From an uncultured delta proteobacterium (lineage in GTDB: Bacteria > Myxococcota_A > UBA9160 > UBA4427), in the NCBI GenBank assembly GCA_963822965.1, contig CAWGJT010000014.1:160001-224000 (forward strand): a DNA stretch of 64,000 bases, read 5' to 3'. The notes beneath the pieces were generated by a model that saw only the letters and a list, made by a program, of their open reading frames with translations, ran no database searches and was not told the DNA's origin. Both the position numbers and the translations under genes were made by a program. Shown piece by piece: positions 39,277-50,494 of this stretch; within the stretch, counting starts at the first letter, position 1, and each line of letters begins with the position of its first letter.

Positions 39277-40488
39277 CTAGACCCCGAAGTCCCAGGACTG
39301 TCCGCTCGCGTAGTGCTTCAGCACGTTCTTCGCGATCAGGATGCGGTGCACCTCGTCGGGTCCGTCCGCCAGCCGCAGGGTGCGCGCGCCCCGGTACATG
39401 GCCTCGAGCGGCGTGTCCGCGGAGACGCCCAGCGCCCCGTGCACCTGGATGGCGCGGTCCACCACCCGGGTCATGGCGGCCGGCACGAACACCTTGATGG
39501 CGGAGATGTCGGTGCGCGCGTCGAGCCCGGCCTCCATCACCTCCGCGCAGCGGATGGTCATGAGCCGCGACGCCTGGATGTCCATGTACGAGTCGGCGAT
39601 GAAGCCCTGGATGAACTGCTTCTCGGAGAGCAGGCCACCGTGGACCTTCCGCTCCATGGCGCGCCGCACCATCATGTCGAAGGCGCGCCACATCTGGCCC
39701 ACGCAGTTCATGCAGTGGTAGACGCGCCCGGCGCCGAGACGGTCCTGGGCCGCCGCGTGCCCGGAGCCCGCCTTCCCCAGCGCGTTCTCGAGGGGCACGC
39801 GTACGTTCTCGAGGATGATCTCCCCGTGGTGGCCGTCCTGGTGGCCCCAGATCGGGACGCTGCGGATGTAGTTGAAGCCGGGGGTATCCGTGGGCACGAT
39901 GATCTGCGTCATGCGGCCGTTCACGTCCTGGTCGCTGGCGTCCTCGGTGCGGCACATGACGATGGCGAAGTCGGCGCGCTTGGCGTTGCTGGCCATCCAC
40001 TTGTGGCCGTTGATCACCCACTCGTTGCCCTCGCGCACGGCGCGCGTCGTCAGGGAGCGCGGATCCGACCCCGCGTTGTCGGGCTCGGTCATCGCGAAGC
40101 ACGACTGCATCTCGCCGCGGGTCAGCGGCTCGAGCCACTTCTTCTTCTGCTCCTCGGTGCCGTACTTGACGAGGATCTTCTGGTTGCCCGAGTTGGGCGC
40201 CATGATGCCGAACACGGCGTTGGAGAACGGGCTCCAGGCGAGGATCTCGTTCATGTAGGCGAGCTTGAGGAAGCCGATCCCCATGCCGCCGTACTCCTCG
40301 GGCAGGTGGGGGGCCCACAGGCCGGTCTGCTTCACCTGCTGCTGGAGGTCGCGCCACAGCTCCGCGCTCTCGGCGCCGAGCCGCAGCAGATGCTCGTTCG
40401 GGATGACCCGCTCGGCGACGATCTTCGCCGTCATCCCGCGAATCTGGTTGGTCTCGTCGTCCAGGGTCGGGATGGGGGCGATCTGCAT
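39277..40488 (-). CDS. Acyl-CoA dehydrogenase
   Basis: GLWAPHLPEEYGGMG, FAMTEPDNAGSD, WVINGHKW, QDRLGAGR, AIQVHGALG, RLADGPDEVH. Confidence 0.95.
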   Translation of the reverse strand: MQIAPIPTLDDETNQIRGMTAKIVAERVIPNEHLLRLGAESAELWRDLQQQVKQTGLWAPHLPEEYGGMGIGFLKLAYMNEILAWSPFSNAVFGIMAPNSGNQKILVKYGTEEQKKKWLEPLTRGEMQSCFAMTEPDNAGSDPRSLTTRAVREGNEWVINGHKWMASNAKRADFAIVMCRTEDASDQDVNGRMTQIIVPTDTPGFNYIRSVPIWGHQDGHHGEIILENVRVPLENALGKAGSGHAAAQDRLGAGRVYHCMNCVGQMWRAFDMMVRRAMERKVHGGLLSEKQFIQGFIADSYMDIQASRLMTIRCAEVMEAGLDARTDISAIKVFVPAAMTRVVDRAIQVHGALGVSADTPLEAMYRGARTLRLADGPDEVHRILIAKNVLKHYASGQSWDFGV

Positions 40489-40619
40489 GGGGGGCTCCTT
40501 TGCGCCGGCCGCCGGCCGGGGACCTTGGTCCTACGACGCTACCCATCCCCGGGCCGCGCCGCGAGCGCCGCGTGAAGGCGGGGCGTGCGGGCGAGGTGGA
40601 GCGCCTGCCGGGCGGCCGC

Positions 40620-41902
40620 TCAGGGCGCGTCCGCAGGCTGCGCGGCCACCGCCTCGCCCTCGTGCTCGGGCGGGTCGCCGAGGATCACCGCCTCGCCCCC
40701 GGTGAGCCCCGAGGAGAGCACCACCCGATCGCCCAGGGTCCGCTCGATCTCCACGGGGACCCGAACGGCGCGACCGTCGCGCGCCAGCCACACGAAGGTG
40801 CGACCGGCTTCGTCGCGCCGCAGGGCGCCGGGCGGCACCACGGTCCGCCCCGCCGTCGCCTCGGGCCCCTCCGGCAGGCGCTCCAGGAAGACGACGCGCA
40901 CGCTCATGTCGGGCAGCAGCTTGTCGTCGGGCGAGACCACCAGCACCTCGACCTCCCGCGTTCCCTTCTGGCGATCGATCTGGGGCGCCAGCTCCACGAC
41001 GCGGCCCTCGTACTCCGCCCCGGGATAGGCGTCCGGAATGATCTCGGCCGGCTGGCCCAGGCTGACCCTCGGCAGGTCCGACTCGTTGACGTCGAGCTCG
41101 GCGCGCAGCTCCGACAGGTTGGCGAGCCGCAGCAGGTCGCCGGAGCCCGAGAAGCCGCCGGGCACGGCGATCTCGCCCGGCTGCTTGTAGGTCTCGAGGA
41201 CCACGCCGTCGGTGGGCGCGCGGATGATCGTGTCGTCGAGATCGGTCTCGGTCCGTTCGAGGGCGGCGGTGAGCTCGCCGACGCGTGCGTGGGCCACGCG
41301 CGCCTCGCTCTTCCGGCGGTCGTACTCGTCCTCGGCCACGACGCCCTGCTCGAGCAGGCGCTCCGCGCGGGCCAGCTCGGATTCGGCGAGCTCGAGCTGC
41401 GCCCGGGCCGAGCGCAGCGAGGCGCGCACCTGGTCGGCCGCTGCGCGCGCGGGCGTCGGGTCGAGCTCGACCATGGGCTGTCCGGCGACGACGCGATCGC
41501 CCTCGTCCACCAGGTAGCGGGCGATGCGCCCGGCCACCCGGGAGCCGACGGCGATGAAGGGCTGGGCGGGGACGAGGTAGCCGGAGCCCGACAGCACGGG
41601 CACGGCCTGTCCCGCCACCTCGGCCAGCGGGACCGCGCGCGTCGTCTCCACCGGGGTCGGGACGCTCGCTGGCGAGCCAGCCGCCGAGCAACCCGGCCAT
41701 CAGCGAGCGCCGCCGCCGCGAGCCAGGGCCAGCGCCGGCGCCTGCTGCTCGCGATGTCGCCCGACCCGTCGCGGGGGAGCCGGAGCCGTTCGAGCTCGTC
41801 CCGGCCGGCGCCGTACTCGCCGTCCGCCGGTGCCAGGGGCCGCCGGTCGTCGGCGCTCGTGCGCGCCTCGTCGTCCCGTGCGTTCCGGCTTCCGTCGCTC
41901 AT
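40620..41902 (-). CDS. MacA-like periplasmic adaptor of an ABC exporter (frameshift near 41670)
   Basis: VLSGSGYLVP, VAGRIARYLVDEGDRV, IIRAPTDGVVL, ELDVNESDL, PQIDRQKGT. Confidence 0.88.
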
Positions 41903-41927
41903 GGGCTCCCCGCGGCGCGCATCCGTC

Positions 41928-43113
41928 TCATTCTCCACCCCGTCGCAGCGCCTCGATCGGACGCAGACGCGCCGCCCGCCAGGCCGGGCCCACGCCTGCC
42001 CAGGCCGCCGATCGCGAGGGCGAGGCCCAGGGCCACGACCAGGTCGCCCGGCGCCACCCGCAGCGCCACCACGTTGGTGGTGAAGGTAGTCGCTCCGAAG
42101 GCCACGCCCCCGAGCCAGCGCTCGAGCCCGGCGGCGAGGGCGATCGAGACCGCCGCGCCCAGCAGGAAGCCCACCAGGCCCAGGCCCAGGGCCTCGGCCT
42201 CGAAGGCCAGCAGGATGGTGCCGCGTGAGAAGCCCATCGCACGCAGGGTGCCCACCTCGCGGGTGCGCGCGGCCACCGCCGCATACAGGGTGTTGGCCGC
42301 GCCGAACCCCGCGCCGAGGCCCGCCAGCACGGCGATCCCCACCACCAGGATGTAGAGGGCGTCGCTGCTCTCGGCCTGCTCCGCGTAGTAGGTGGTCTCG
42401 CGGGTGGCCTCCAGCGCGTAGCGCGGGTCGTCCTCGATACGCTCCTTCAAGCGCTCGAGGGCGGCCTCGGAGCGCGCCCGCAGGCGCACGCCGCTGTAGG
42501 GCATGCCGCGCCGGGCGTCGCGTGCCAGCTCCTCGACGTCCGCCCACACCTCGCTCTCGAACGACGAGCCCTCGGCCTCGAGGATGCCCACCACCCGCCA
42601 GTGCGAGCGGCCGAAGCGCAGCTCGCCGCCGAGGCGCGCGCCCTCGTAGCGGCCTACCAGGGCGCGACCGATCACCACCTCTCCCACCGACGGCACGAAC
42701 ATGCGACCCCGGGTGATCTTCACCTGGGGATGCACGCGCAGGGCACGCTCGTCGACCCCGCGCACGAGCACGTTCTCGCGGCCGCCGTCCGGCTTGTAGA
42801 GGAAGGGCTGAACGACGAGCTGGGGCGACACCAGGGGCTCGCCCGTCGCGTCGCGGGCGATGCCGTCGAGGAAGCGGATGGCCTGGTAGGCCTGGCGGGA
42901 GATCTGGCTCGCCCCGTCGTTGCTCGAGCCCTTGCGCAGCACCACCAGGTTGAGCGGCTCGCCGCTCTGCACCAGGGTGCGCTCGAGGCTCGAGAGCAGC
43001 CCCATCAGCAGGGTGCACGCCACCACCACCAGCGCGATCACGCTCGCCGTCAGGAACGTGCGCAGCGGACGCGCCGCGAGGTTGCGCCAGGGGTAGGAGA
43101 GGGGGAGGGACAC
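41928..43113 (-). CDS. ABC transporter permease 2 (MacB/FtsX family; frameshift near 41995)
   Basis: YPWRNLAARP, VVLRKGS, ENVLVRGV, SSFESEVW, NTLYAAVAARTREVGTLRAMGF. Confidence 0.9.
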
Positions 43114-43337
43114 GAGAACCTGTTTCGGGCAACGGCTCCTGTCGTCCGCCGACCGACCCCCGGCGGCGCTCCGCAGGGGACGGGAGCCGACGGGAGCCGA
43201 AGCATCGTAGCGAGACCCGGCCGGACGCGCCGAGCGCGAAATCAGCTCGACCTCGCGAGGCCGTTCGCGAATATCGTCCCCTCGGGCGCACCAGAACGCG
43301 TATGCTGGCACCCTCGTCCGGGGGGCTGGAGGTCCGC

Positions 43338-45076
43338 ATGCTGGGACGTCGCAGGAGCTGCTGCCGCGCGCTGTGCGCCGGCGTGGCGATTGCCCTCGCA
43401 GCGACGGCTGCCGCCGGGCAGGTGCTCGTCAACGAAGGCACCCGGGCGCCGGACGACGAGAGCATCTGCTGCTACGAGACCGCCACGGAGGACGGCCGGG
43501 AGTTCGGGGTCCGCAACCGCGGCTGCGACGGCTGGCCCGGCACCCCGTGTGCGTCCCCCGGCGTCGCCTCGGAGCTCTTCCAGAGCGACTTCGCCTATGC
43601 GCTCGCGGCCGCCGACACCTCATGGATCACGATCGTCGGGGGCGGGCTCGTGGGCTCGTTCTTCGAGGACGACATCCCGCGCGAGGTCGTCGCGTACGAC
43701 CGCTCGCGCGTCGTCGTGGTGGACGGCGACCTGTCGACGTCGCTGGGCCAGATCCAGACGCCGCCTCCGCCGGCGGTGGGCCGCCTCGTGGCGCGCGACA
43801 AGGCGACGGTCTGGTTCTACTCGGGCGACATCGGGGAGGGGGCCGTCGCGGAAGACCACGGCATCGTGCGGCTGCTGGGCGGGAGCCCGCGTCGCGCCAG
43901 CGCCTACGGCAGTGGGCGGATCGAGGTCTCGGGCAGCCAGTTCCTCCTGAGCGGGCAGGGCGGCGACGTGCCTGTGACCACCGGCAGCTTGAGCCCGCTC
44001 ACCGGCCGCCTGAGCGGCCTGTGGACGGACGGGCAGTTCTTCGTGATCGACTTCGATCGCGACAGCAGCGGCGAGATCGTGCTCCTGGATCCGGGGCTCG
44101 GCTGGCGGACCGCGCTGGTGCGGATCCCGGGGCCGCTCGCGCTCGAGGCTTCCACCGCGCCGAGCCCGCCCATCGTGCTCACCTACGTTCGGAACTCCGG
44201 CTGCGCCAGCGACTGGCCCAGGGCGATCCCGACGAGCCCTGCGCGGACCCCGGTGCGCCGAGCAATCTGGTCCTCGTGGATACGTCCGGCTCGGGGACCG
44301 CGCACCGGATCGTCGAGGTGCTCGATTCGTCCAGCCTCGTGGTGGACCGCTCGGCGCTCCTGGAGCTGCACGGCCACGATGCGGCGCGCCTCGAGATCGA
44401 CCGGGGGCTCGTGGGCGAGGTCTCGCTCGAGGGCGAGGCCAGCCTGGCGCTCGTCTACGGAGAGGTAGGAAACGGGCTCCGCGCAGCGGATGCGTCCTCC
44501 GTCATGGCAGAGGGCGCGACGGTCAACGGCGACACCAGGATCTCCGGGCAGGCTTCGATCGAAATGTCTGGCTCCTCTCTGGATCGGCTGCATCTCTCGG
44601 ACGAGGCGACGGGTGTCCTCGCGAGCGGTCCGGTGGAGAGCGTCTCCGTCGCAGACGATGCCGGCTTCACTCAACGGGAAGGAGGCATCTTCGGCGTGCT
44701 GACGGGATACGAGCGCGCTCGCATCGTCCTGTCCGGCGGCAGCTGCGGGACGCTCCGCTTGCTCCAGCAGTCTCGAGCTGTCCTGACCGGAGGCACCACC
44801 ACGAAGCTCTACGTCGACTCCGAGGCGCAGCTCGGGATCCACGGCTCGGGCTTCGCGTTGAACGGGGCGCCCGTGCCCTACGGCGTGCTCGACCCGCAAG
44901 CGGGCCAGCTGACCGGCGTCATGGCGAACGGCGATCCGCTGGACGCCGAGCTACAGCTTCCGAGTCGCTCCGATCCGGGCACGATCCGACTGTTGCCGGC
45001 CCCGGAGCCCTCGCCGTCGCAGCTCACCGCGGCGGCGCTGCTGGCGCTCGACCTGCTACGGCGACGACGTTCCTAG
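43338..45076 (+). CDS. Secreted PEP-CTERM-like surface protein with two repeated modules (frameshift near 44220)
   Basis: Signal peptide; two VRNxGC...PCAxPG motifs; beta-helix-like G/S-rich repeats; C-terminal APEP-hydrophobic-RRRRS. Confidence 0.75.
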
Positions 45077-46237
45077 AACACGCCCCGCAGCGTCTCGGCC
45101 ACGGGGCGGCGGGCGGCGCCCCAGGCCGGGACGGCGCCGGAGACGAGGCCCACGAAGAGAGCGAGCGCCAGGCCCTCGGCGACGACCTGTCCCGAGACCA
45201 CGAAGCCGCCCAGCACCCCCAGGCTGGGCACCCGGCCGGCCGTCTCGTGCAGCACCCGGGTGAGCGCCACCGCGAGGCCGACGCCCGGCGGCACCCGAGA
45301 GGCCCGCCAGCAGCAGGGTCTCGGAGAGCAGCAGCGCGAAGAGCCGTCCGCGGCCGAAGCCCAGCGCCTTCAGCATGGCGATCTCGCCGGCGCGCTCCCG
45401 GATCGAGAGCGAGGCGGTGTTCGCCGCGATGAAGACGATGCAGAGCGCCACCAGCCCGGTCACCGCCAGCAGGATCGTGAGGAAGCCGGAGAGCGAGCCG
45501 AGGAACGACGCGAAGAAGCTCTTCTCGGTCTGGGTGGTGGTGGGTGTGTCCGTGTAGCGGGTGATCTCGTCGACGGCCTCCATGACCCGGGGAACGTCCG
45601 CGGCGGTCTCGGCGCGTGCCCAGATGAGGCCGACGAAGCCGAGCTCGCGGCCCTGGGCCTCGAGGGCCTGGGACAGGTACTCGCGCTGGATCCACACCAC
45701 CGGCGATCCCGTCTGCGGAATCTCCCCCACCACGCGCAGGTCGAGCGAGACGCCCCAGAGGTCGCTGCGCAGGGTCACCCGGTCGCCCTTCTTCCAGCCG
45801 TAGCGCTCGAGGGTGGCGGGGCCCACCAGCATGCCGTCCCGATAGCGCCGGAACTCGGAGAGGATCTCGGGGTCGATGTGGTAGTCCGGATAGGTGCCGC
45901 CCACGTGGTCGGCCTCGACGGCGAAGCTCGGAAAGGTGACCTTGCCCGCTTCTTCGAAGGTGCCGCCGAACCACACCAGCCCCATGGCGTCGGCCACGCC
46001 GGGCAGGGAGCGTACCCGGCGCGCCAGCGAGACGGGCATCGAGTAGACGAGCCCGGCGCGGTTCACGATGGAGAGCCGCGTGTTGCTGGCGGCCCGGTCC
46101 AGGAAGGCGTCGAGACCCTCGGGCATGGTGAGGAGCAGGCAGACCAGCAGCGTCGCCAGGGCGATCGCGGTGGCCGTCAGCACCGAGCGCAGCTTGTTGC
46201 GCCCGACGTTCGCGCGCACCAGCGTGGCGCCGGTCAC
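45073..46237 (-). CDS. ABC transporter permease 1 (MacB/FtsX family; frameshift near 45290)
   Basis: NVGRNKLRSVLT, VWFGG, TQTEKSF, AANTASLSIRERAGEIAMLKALGF. Confidence 0.9.
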
Positions 46238-47022
46238 GAGTGGGGGACCTCGCCGGGCCCGCCGGACGCGGGGGCCTCGGGGACGCCGAGGGCCGCGCGC
46301 AGCGCCCGGGCCGCCTGCTCGGCCTCGGCGCCCGCGAGCAGCCGCCCCTTGTCGAGGTGGAAGACGCCGTCCACGTAGCGCAGCGCCCGCGGATCGTGGG
46401 TCACCATCACGACGCTCTTGCCCATCTCCTCGCGCAGGGTGCGCAGCAGGCCCAGCACCACCTCCGCGCCTCGCGCGTCGAGGTCGCCGGTGGGCTCGTC
46501 GGCCACGATCAGGTCCGGGTCGGTGACGATCGCCCGGGCGATCGCGACCCGCTGCTGCTCGCCGCCGGACAGCATCGAGGGCGTGTGGTCCAGGCGGTCG
46601 CCGAGGCCGACCACGCGCAGGGCGATCTCCGCGCGCCGCCGCCGCTCGTCGCGGCCCATGCGGTGCAGCAGCAGGGGCAGGGCGACGTTGTCCCGCGCCG
46701 AGAGCACCGGCATCAGGTTGAAGAACTGGAAGATGAGACCGACGTGGCCCGCGCGCCAGCGCGCCAGCTCGTCCTCGGAGAGGATGTCGATGCGCCGGCC
46801 ACCCACCCACACCTCCCCGCGGCTCGGGCGGTCGATGCCGGAGATCAGGTTGAGGAGGGTCGACTTGCCCGAGCCCGAGGGGCCCATGAACGCCACGAAG
46901 TGCCCCGCCTCGACCTCGAGGGACGCCCCGGCGAGTGCGTGCACCGCGGTCGCTCCCGCGCCGTAGACGCGGGAGACGTTGCGCAGCTCGATCAGGGGCT
47001 GGGCGGACTGGGGTCGGGCCAT
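46234..47022 (-). CDS. ABC transporter ATP-binding protein (LolD/MacB-like)
   Basis: [37 protein letters not shown]. Confidence 0.95.
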   Translation of the reverse strand: MARPQSAQPLIELRNVSRVYGAGATAVHALAGASLEVEAGHFVAFMGPSGSGKSTLLNLISGIDRPSRGEVWVGGRRIDILSEDELARWRAGHVGLIFQFFNLMPVLSARDNVALPLLLHRMGRDERRRRAEIALRVVGLGDRLDHTPSMLSGGEQQRVAIARAIVTDPDLIVADEPTGDLDARGAEVVLGLLRTLREEMGKSVVMVTHDPRALRYVDGVFHLDKGRLLAGAEAEQAARALRAALGVPEAPASGGPGEVPHS

Positions 47023-49364
47023 CGGGGGTACCCGGAGTGTACCGGCCCGGGATGGCCCCACGGCCCCGGGCAACCGGGGTGCCCGCGTCCCCCGTGGCTC
47101 CAGGCTGCGCCCCACCCCGGCGGGCACTCGCCCGGGGGTCCGGGAGGTGTCGGCGGCTCGCCGGGCCGATGGTGCGGCCCGGGCGCCGACGCGTGCCGCT
47201 CGTCCACCGCGAAGTCGAGGACCAGCCCGTACTGCCCGTCGCTGATCTCGAAGCGCGTGTCGCCGAAGTCGGCTCGCACGAAGGGGTTGTCGAAGCGGGG
47301 GTAGTCGGTGAGCGGCTGCTCCTGTCCGCGAACGACGAGCGGGGCGTGCCAGCCGAAGGTCATGAGCCCCTGGCTCGGCGACTCGTAGGAGACGTCGTAG
47401 CCGTCGGGAAGCCCGTTGCCGTCCTGGTCGGGCACGGCCGTCGTCACGACCGGGGCCGCCTCGCACGCCGCCACGAACTCCTCGAAGGGCCCCGACTCGG
47501 ACAGGCTGCCCATCTCGAGGATGAACACGTTCTGCGCGAAGTAGGGCGCCACCAGGTCGAAGGGCTCGTCGCCGTTCTCGAACACCTCGGGCTGACCCAG
47601 GCGCCAGCCGAACACGTTGCGCGAGTAGAGGGCGACGTAGGCCTCGTCCTTGCGGCCGAAGATCCAGTTGCGCTCCTTCACCACCTCGTCGAAGTGGGCG
47701 ACCGGGAAGTAGGCGTGGGTCTCGTCGCGATAGACGAGGCCGAGCTGGGCGACGGGCGCGTACTGGGGGGCGTAGAGCACGATGGCGACGTTCTCGTGCT
47801 GGGCGGCCCGGGGCTCGGCGCCGTTGCCCGTCCAGTAGCCCGGCCCCGGCTCGTCCTCCCGCTGCCAGTTCCAGTCCGGCGGCGGCGTCCCGCCCAGCTC
47901 CACCGGCCGGTAGGTCGGGTGCTGCGGGAACACGACGGTGCTCTCTCCCAGGGTCGCCTGGACGATGTGGGTCTGGGCGCCGCGCAGCCCCTTCCGGTAG
48001 TCCTGGGCGGTCGAGAGCATGTAGTCGCGGGTCCGGTACGTGTAGGTGTTCACCTCGTTCAGCACCGCGGCGTTGATGGCCCGCCACAGCAGCACGAGGA
48101 AGGGGCGCGCGTTGGCGACGGTCTGCTCCAGGTCGCCTTCCACCCAGACGAGGTCGCGAAGCAGCTTGAAGTCGGCGAACTGGGAGGCCCACAGGTTCTC
48201 CCGCTCGCCGACCTCGAGGGTGAGCGGAACCATCGACCAGACGGACTGCGTGCCCGCCGACCACCAGAAGGGCAGGTTCGCCTCGTCGCTGAAGTCGAGG
48301 CCCTCGGGCGCCGGGGGTGGCGCCACGGTCGGGTCCGGGTCGGGCTCCTCGGCCACGTACAGGTTCATGCGCTGGCGGTCCACCATCGGCTCGTCGTAGC
48401 GCGCGATCCGTCGGATCACCTCGGGGAGGCGGTACTTCCGCGCCCGGGCCAGCAGCGTCGCGTCTGCGGCCGAGGCGCTCTGGTAGGGAAGGGGCGTGTC
48501 GTCGAAGAGCATCTTGCTCGAGTGGAAGTTGTCCTGCCGGAGGGCGGTCGCCTTGTCCTTGATGTAGGAGCGGCCGTGGGTGGCGCCGAAGTTGCCCCGG
48601 TGCAGGTGGAGGGCCACGTCGAGGAAGACGAGGTCGAGCACCATCGCCGCCCGCTTCGCGACCACCTCGTCCTCGGCGAGCTCCACCAGCGTGAGCAGGG
48701 GCGTGATGTCCTTCTGGTAGTAGACGTCGGAGTGCCACTCGGTGAAGCCGTAGCGCGCGCGCTCGTCGAGCCAGTGGAGGATCGCTTCGCGTGCCCTCGC
48801 CTGGTGCCAGGCACCGTTCATGCCCGTCACCGTGAAGGTGCGGTCCTTGAAGCGTTGGCCCGCCAGGTACTCGTTCACCCGGAAGAGCAGCACGTGGTTC
48901 TCCGACCAGTACCACATGGCGTCGACCACCGGCTCGCCGTCCACCACCCGGTCCGGCGTGGGGTCCGTGTACCAGTACTTGAAGTCGAGCACCGCCTGGC
49001 GGGCCTTCTCCCACAGCTCGGGGCTGGCGGCCGGGTCACCGTCGAACGCGTAGAGCATGTTCATCAGGTACAGCAGGTCGAAGTCGCTGGTGTCGCGCAG
49101 CCGGTACAGCTTGTCGAAGACCCCGTCCCAGGCGTCCGCCGGGATCGTGCCGTCGGAGAGCGCGTAGTGGGGATCGCGGCGCGCGCGCTCGAGATGGTTC
49201 AGGCAGTTGAGGATGCTCCCGGTCTGGATGGGTTCGCTCGTGGCGAACCCGAGATAGTCCAGCTGCCGCTCGCGGAGCTCCTGGCGCGGGAAGAAACCGT
49301 CGCCGCAGGCGAGGGTCGCGACGGCGAGCAGCAGCACGAAGCATCGGAACGGCACGGAGCGCAC
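46992..49364 (-). CDS. Large lipoprotein of unknown function (possibly heparinase II/III-like fold)
   Basis: Lipobox LLLAVATLAC; YWSENH, GFTEWHSDVYYQKD, ATHGRSY, PRAAQHENV; Pro/Gly/His-rich tail; GGAGG RBS. The fold is inferred. Confidence 0.75.
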   Translation of the reverse strand: MRSVPFRCFVLLLAVATLACGDGFFPRQELRERQLDYLGFATSEPIQTGSILNCLNHLERARRDPHYALSDGTIPADAWDGVFDKLYRLRDTSDFDLLYLMNMLYAFDGDPAASPELWEKARQAVLDFKYWYTDPTPDRVVDGEPVVDAMWYWSENHVLLFRVNEYLAGQRFKDRTFTVTGMNGAWHQARAREAILHWLDERARYGFTEWHSDVYYQKDITPLLTLVELAEDEVVAKRAAMVLDLVFLDVALHLHRGNFGATHGRSYIKDKATALRQDNFHSSKMLFDDTPLPYQSASAADATLLARARKYRLPEVIRRIARYDEPMVDRQRMNLYVAEEPDPDPTVAPPPAPEGLDFSDEANLPFWWSAGTQSVWSMVPLTLEVGERENLWASQFADFKLLRDLVWVEGDLEQTVANARPFLVLLWRAINAAVLNEVNTYTYRTRDYMLSTAQDYRKGLRGAQTHIVQATLGESTVVFPQHPTYRPVELGGTPPPDWNWQREDEPGPGYWTGNGAEPRAAQHENVAIVLYAPQYAPVAQLGLVYRDETHAYFPVAHFDEVVKERNWIFGRKDEAYVALYSRNVFGWRLGQPEVFENGDEPFDLVAPYFAQNVFILEMGSLSESGPFEEFVAACEAAPVVTTAVPDQDGNGLPDGYDVSYESPSQGLMTFGWHAPLVVRGQEQPLTDYPRFDNPFVRADFGDTRFEISDGQYGLVLDFAVDERHASAPGPHHRPGEPPTPPGPPGECPPGWGAAWSHGGRGHPGCPGPWGHPGPVHSGYPRWPDPSPPSP

Positions 49365-49683
49365 GGTGGGGAACCTCCAGCGGGAGCAGCGCTCCAGAAT
49401 AACCCGGGATCGGGGTCCCACGGAAGCGAAAAGGGCAGGCGGCGCGTACGGATACGCGCGCCTGAGGCCGCGGCGGTGGCGCATCCGGCCGCGTGCGGAT
49501 GGCGCCGATTGTGCCATTCTCGGCGCCCGCGCTGGCGCCCCGAGCCCCGTGCGACGCGCGAATCCGCTCGATCCGGGTGCCGCTGCGGCGATCGTGGCCC
49601 GGAACTCCGCCCGGAAGGCGGGACGAGGCGCGCGCGCGGACTACACTCGCGGCCGGTGCTCAAATGCTTGAAATGGGAGATCC

Positions 49684-50466
49684 ATGAGTCGATTCATTCC
49701 GATCGCGATCCTGATCGTCCTGTGCGTGCTCCTTCTCGCCACCCAGGGGTGCGTGGTGATCGAGGATGGCGAGGTCGGCGTCGCGAAGAGCTTCGGCTCC
49801 ATCGCGGACGAGCCGGTGGATCAGGGGGTGCACATCCAGATCCCGGTGGCCCGCATCATCGAGACCTGGAACATCAAGCTCCAGGAGCTGAAGGAGACCG
49901 CCCAGGTTCCCTCCTCCGAGGGGTTGATCGTGGGCCTGGACACCTCGCTGCTCTTCCGGGTGATGCCCGAGCAGGCGCCGCAGATCCGCAAGACCGTCGG
50001 CGCTGACTACATGCAGGTGCTCGTCATCCCCTACTTCCGGAACGCCGTGCGCGACGTGGTGAGCGGCTACCAGGTCAAGAACATCTACGCGGAGGTGGGC
50101 CGCAAGCAGATCGCGGCCAAGATCAAGGAGTTCCTCCAGGAGAATCTCGAGCCCCGCGGCATCAAGGTCGAGGACGTCCTGCTGCGCGACGTGAAGCTCC
50201 CAGAGCGGTTCCGCGACAGCATCGAAGCCAAGCTCACCGCCGAGCAGCAGGTGCAGCAGAAGGAATTCATGCTCGAGCAGGCGCGCAAGGACGCCGAGAT
50301 CGAGGTGGCGCGCGCCGAAGGCGCCGCCAAGGCCCAGGAGATCGTGCGCTCGACCCTCTCGGACTCCTACCTGCAGTACCTGTGGATCAAGACCCTGAAC
50401 GAGAACCCGAACGTCATCTACGTCGCCACCGAGGCGAACATGCCGATCTTCAAGACGGTGAAGTAG
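49684..50466 (+). CDS. Prohibitin/SPFH-domain protein
   Basis: N-terminal TM, GEVGV, VPSSEGL, RGIKVEDVLLRDV, SIEAKL.AEQ. Confidence 0.92.
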   Translation: MSRFIPIAILIVLCVLLLATQGCVVIEDGEVGVAKSFGSIADEPVDQGVHIQIPVARIIETWNIKLQELKETAQVPSSEGLIVGLDTSLLFRVMPEQAPQIRKTVGADYMQVLVIPYFRNAVRDVVSGYQVKNIYAEVGRKQIAAKIKEFLQENLEPRGIKVEDVLLRDVKLPERFRDSIEAKLTAEQQVQQKEFMLEQARKDAEIEVARAEGAAKAQEIVRSTLSDSYLQYLWIKTLNENPNVIYVATEANMPIFKTVK

Positions 50467-50494
50467 CCCGAATTCCCTCGTCCCCGCCGCCCGG

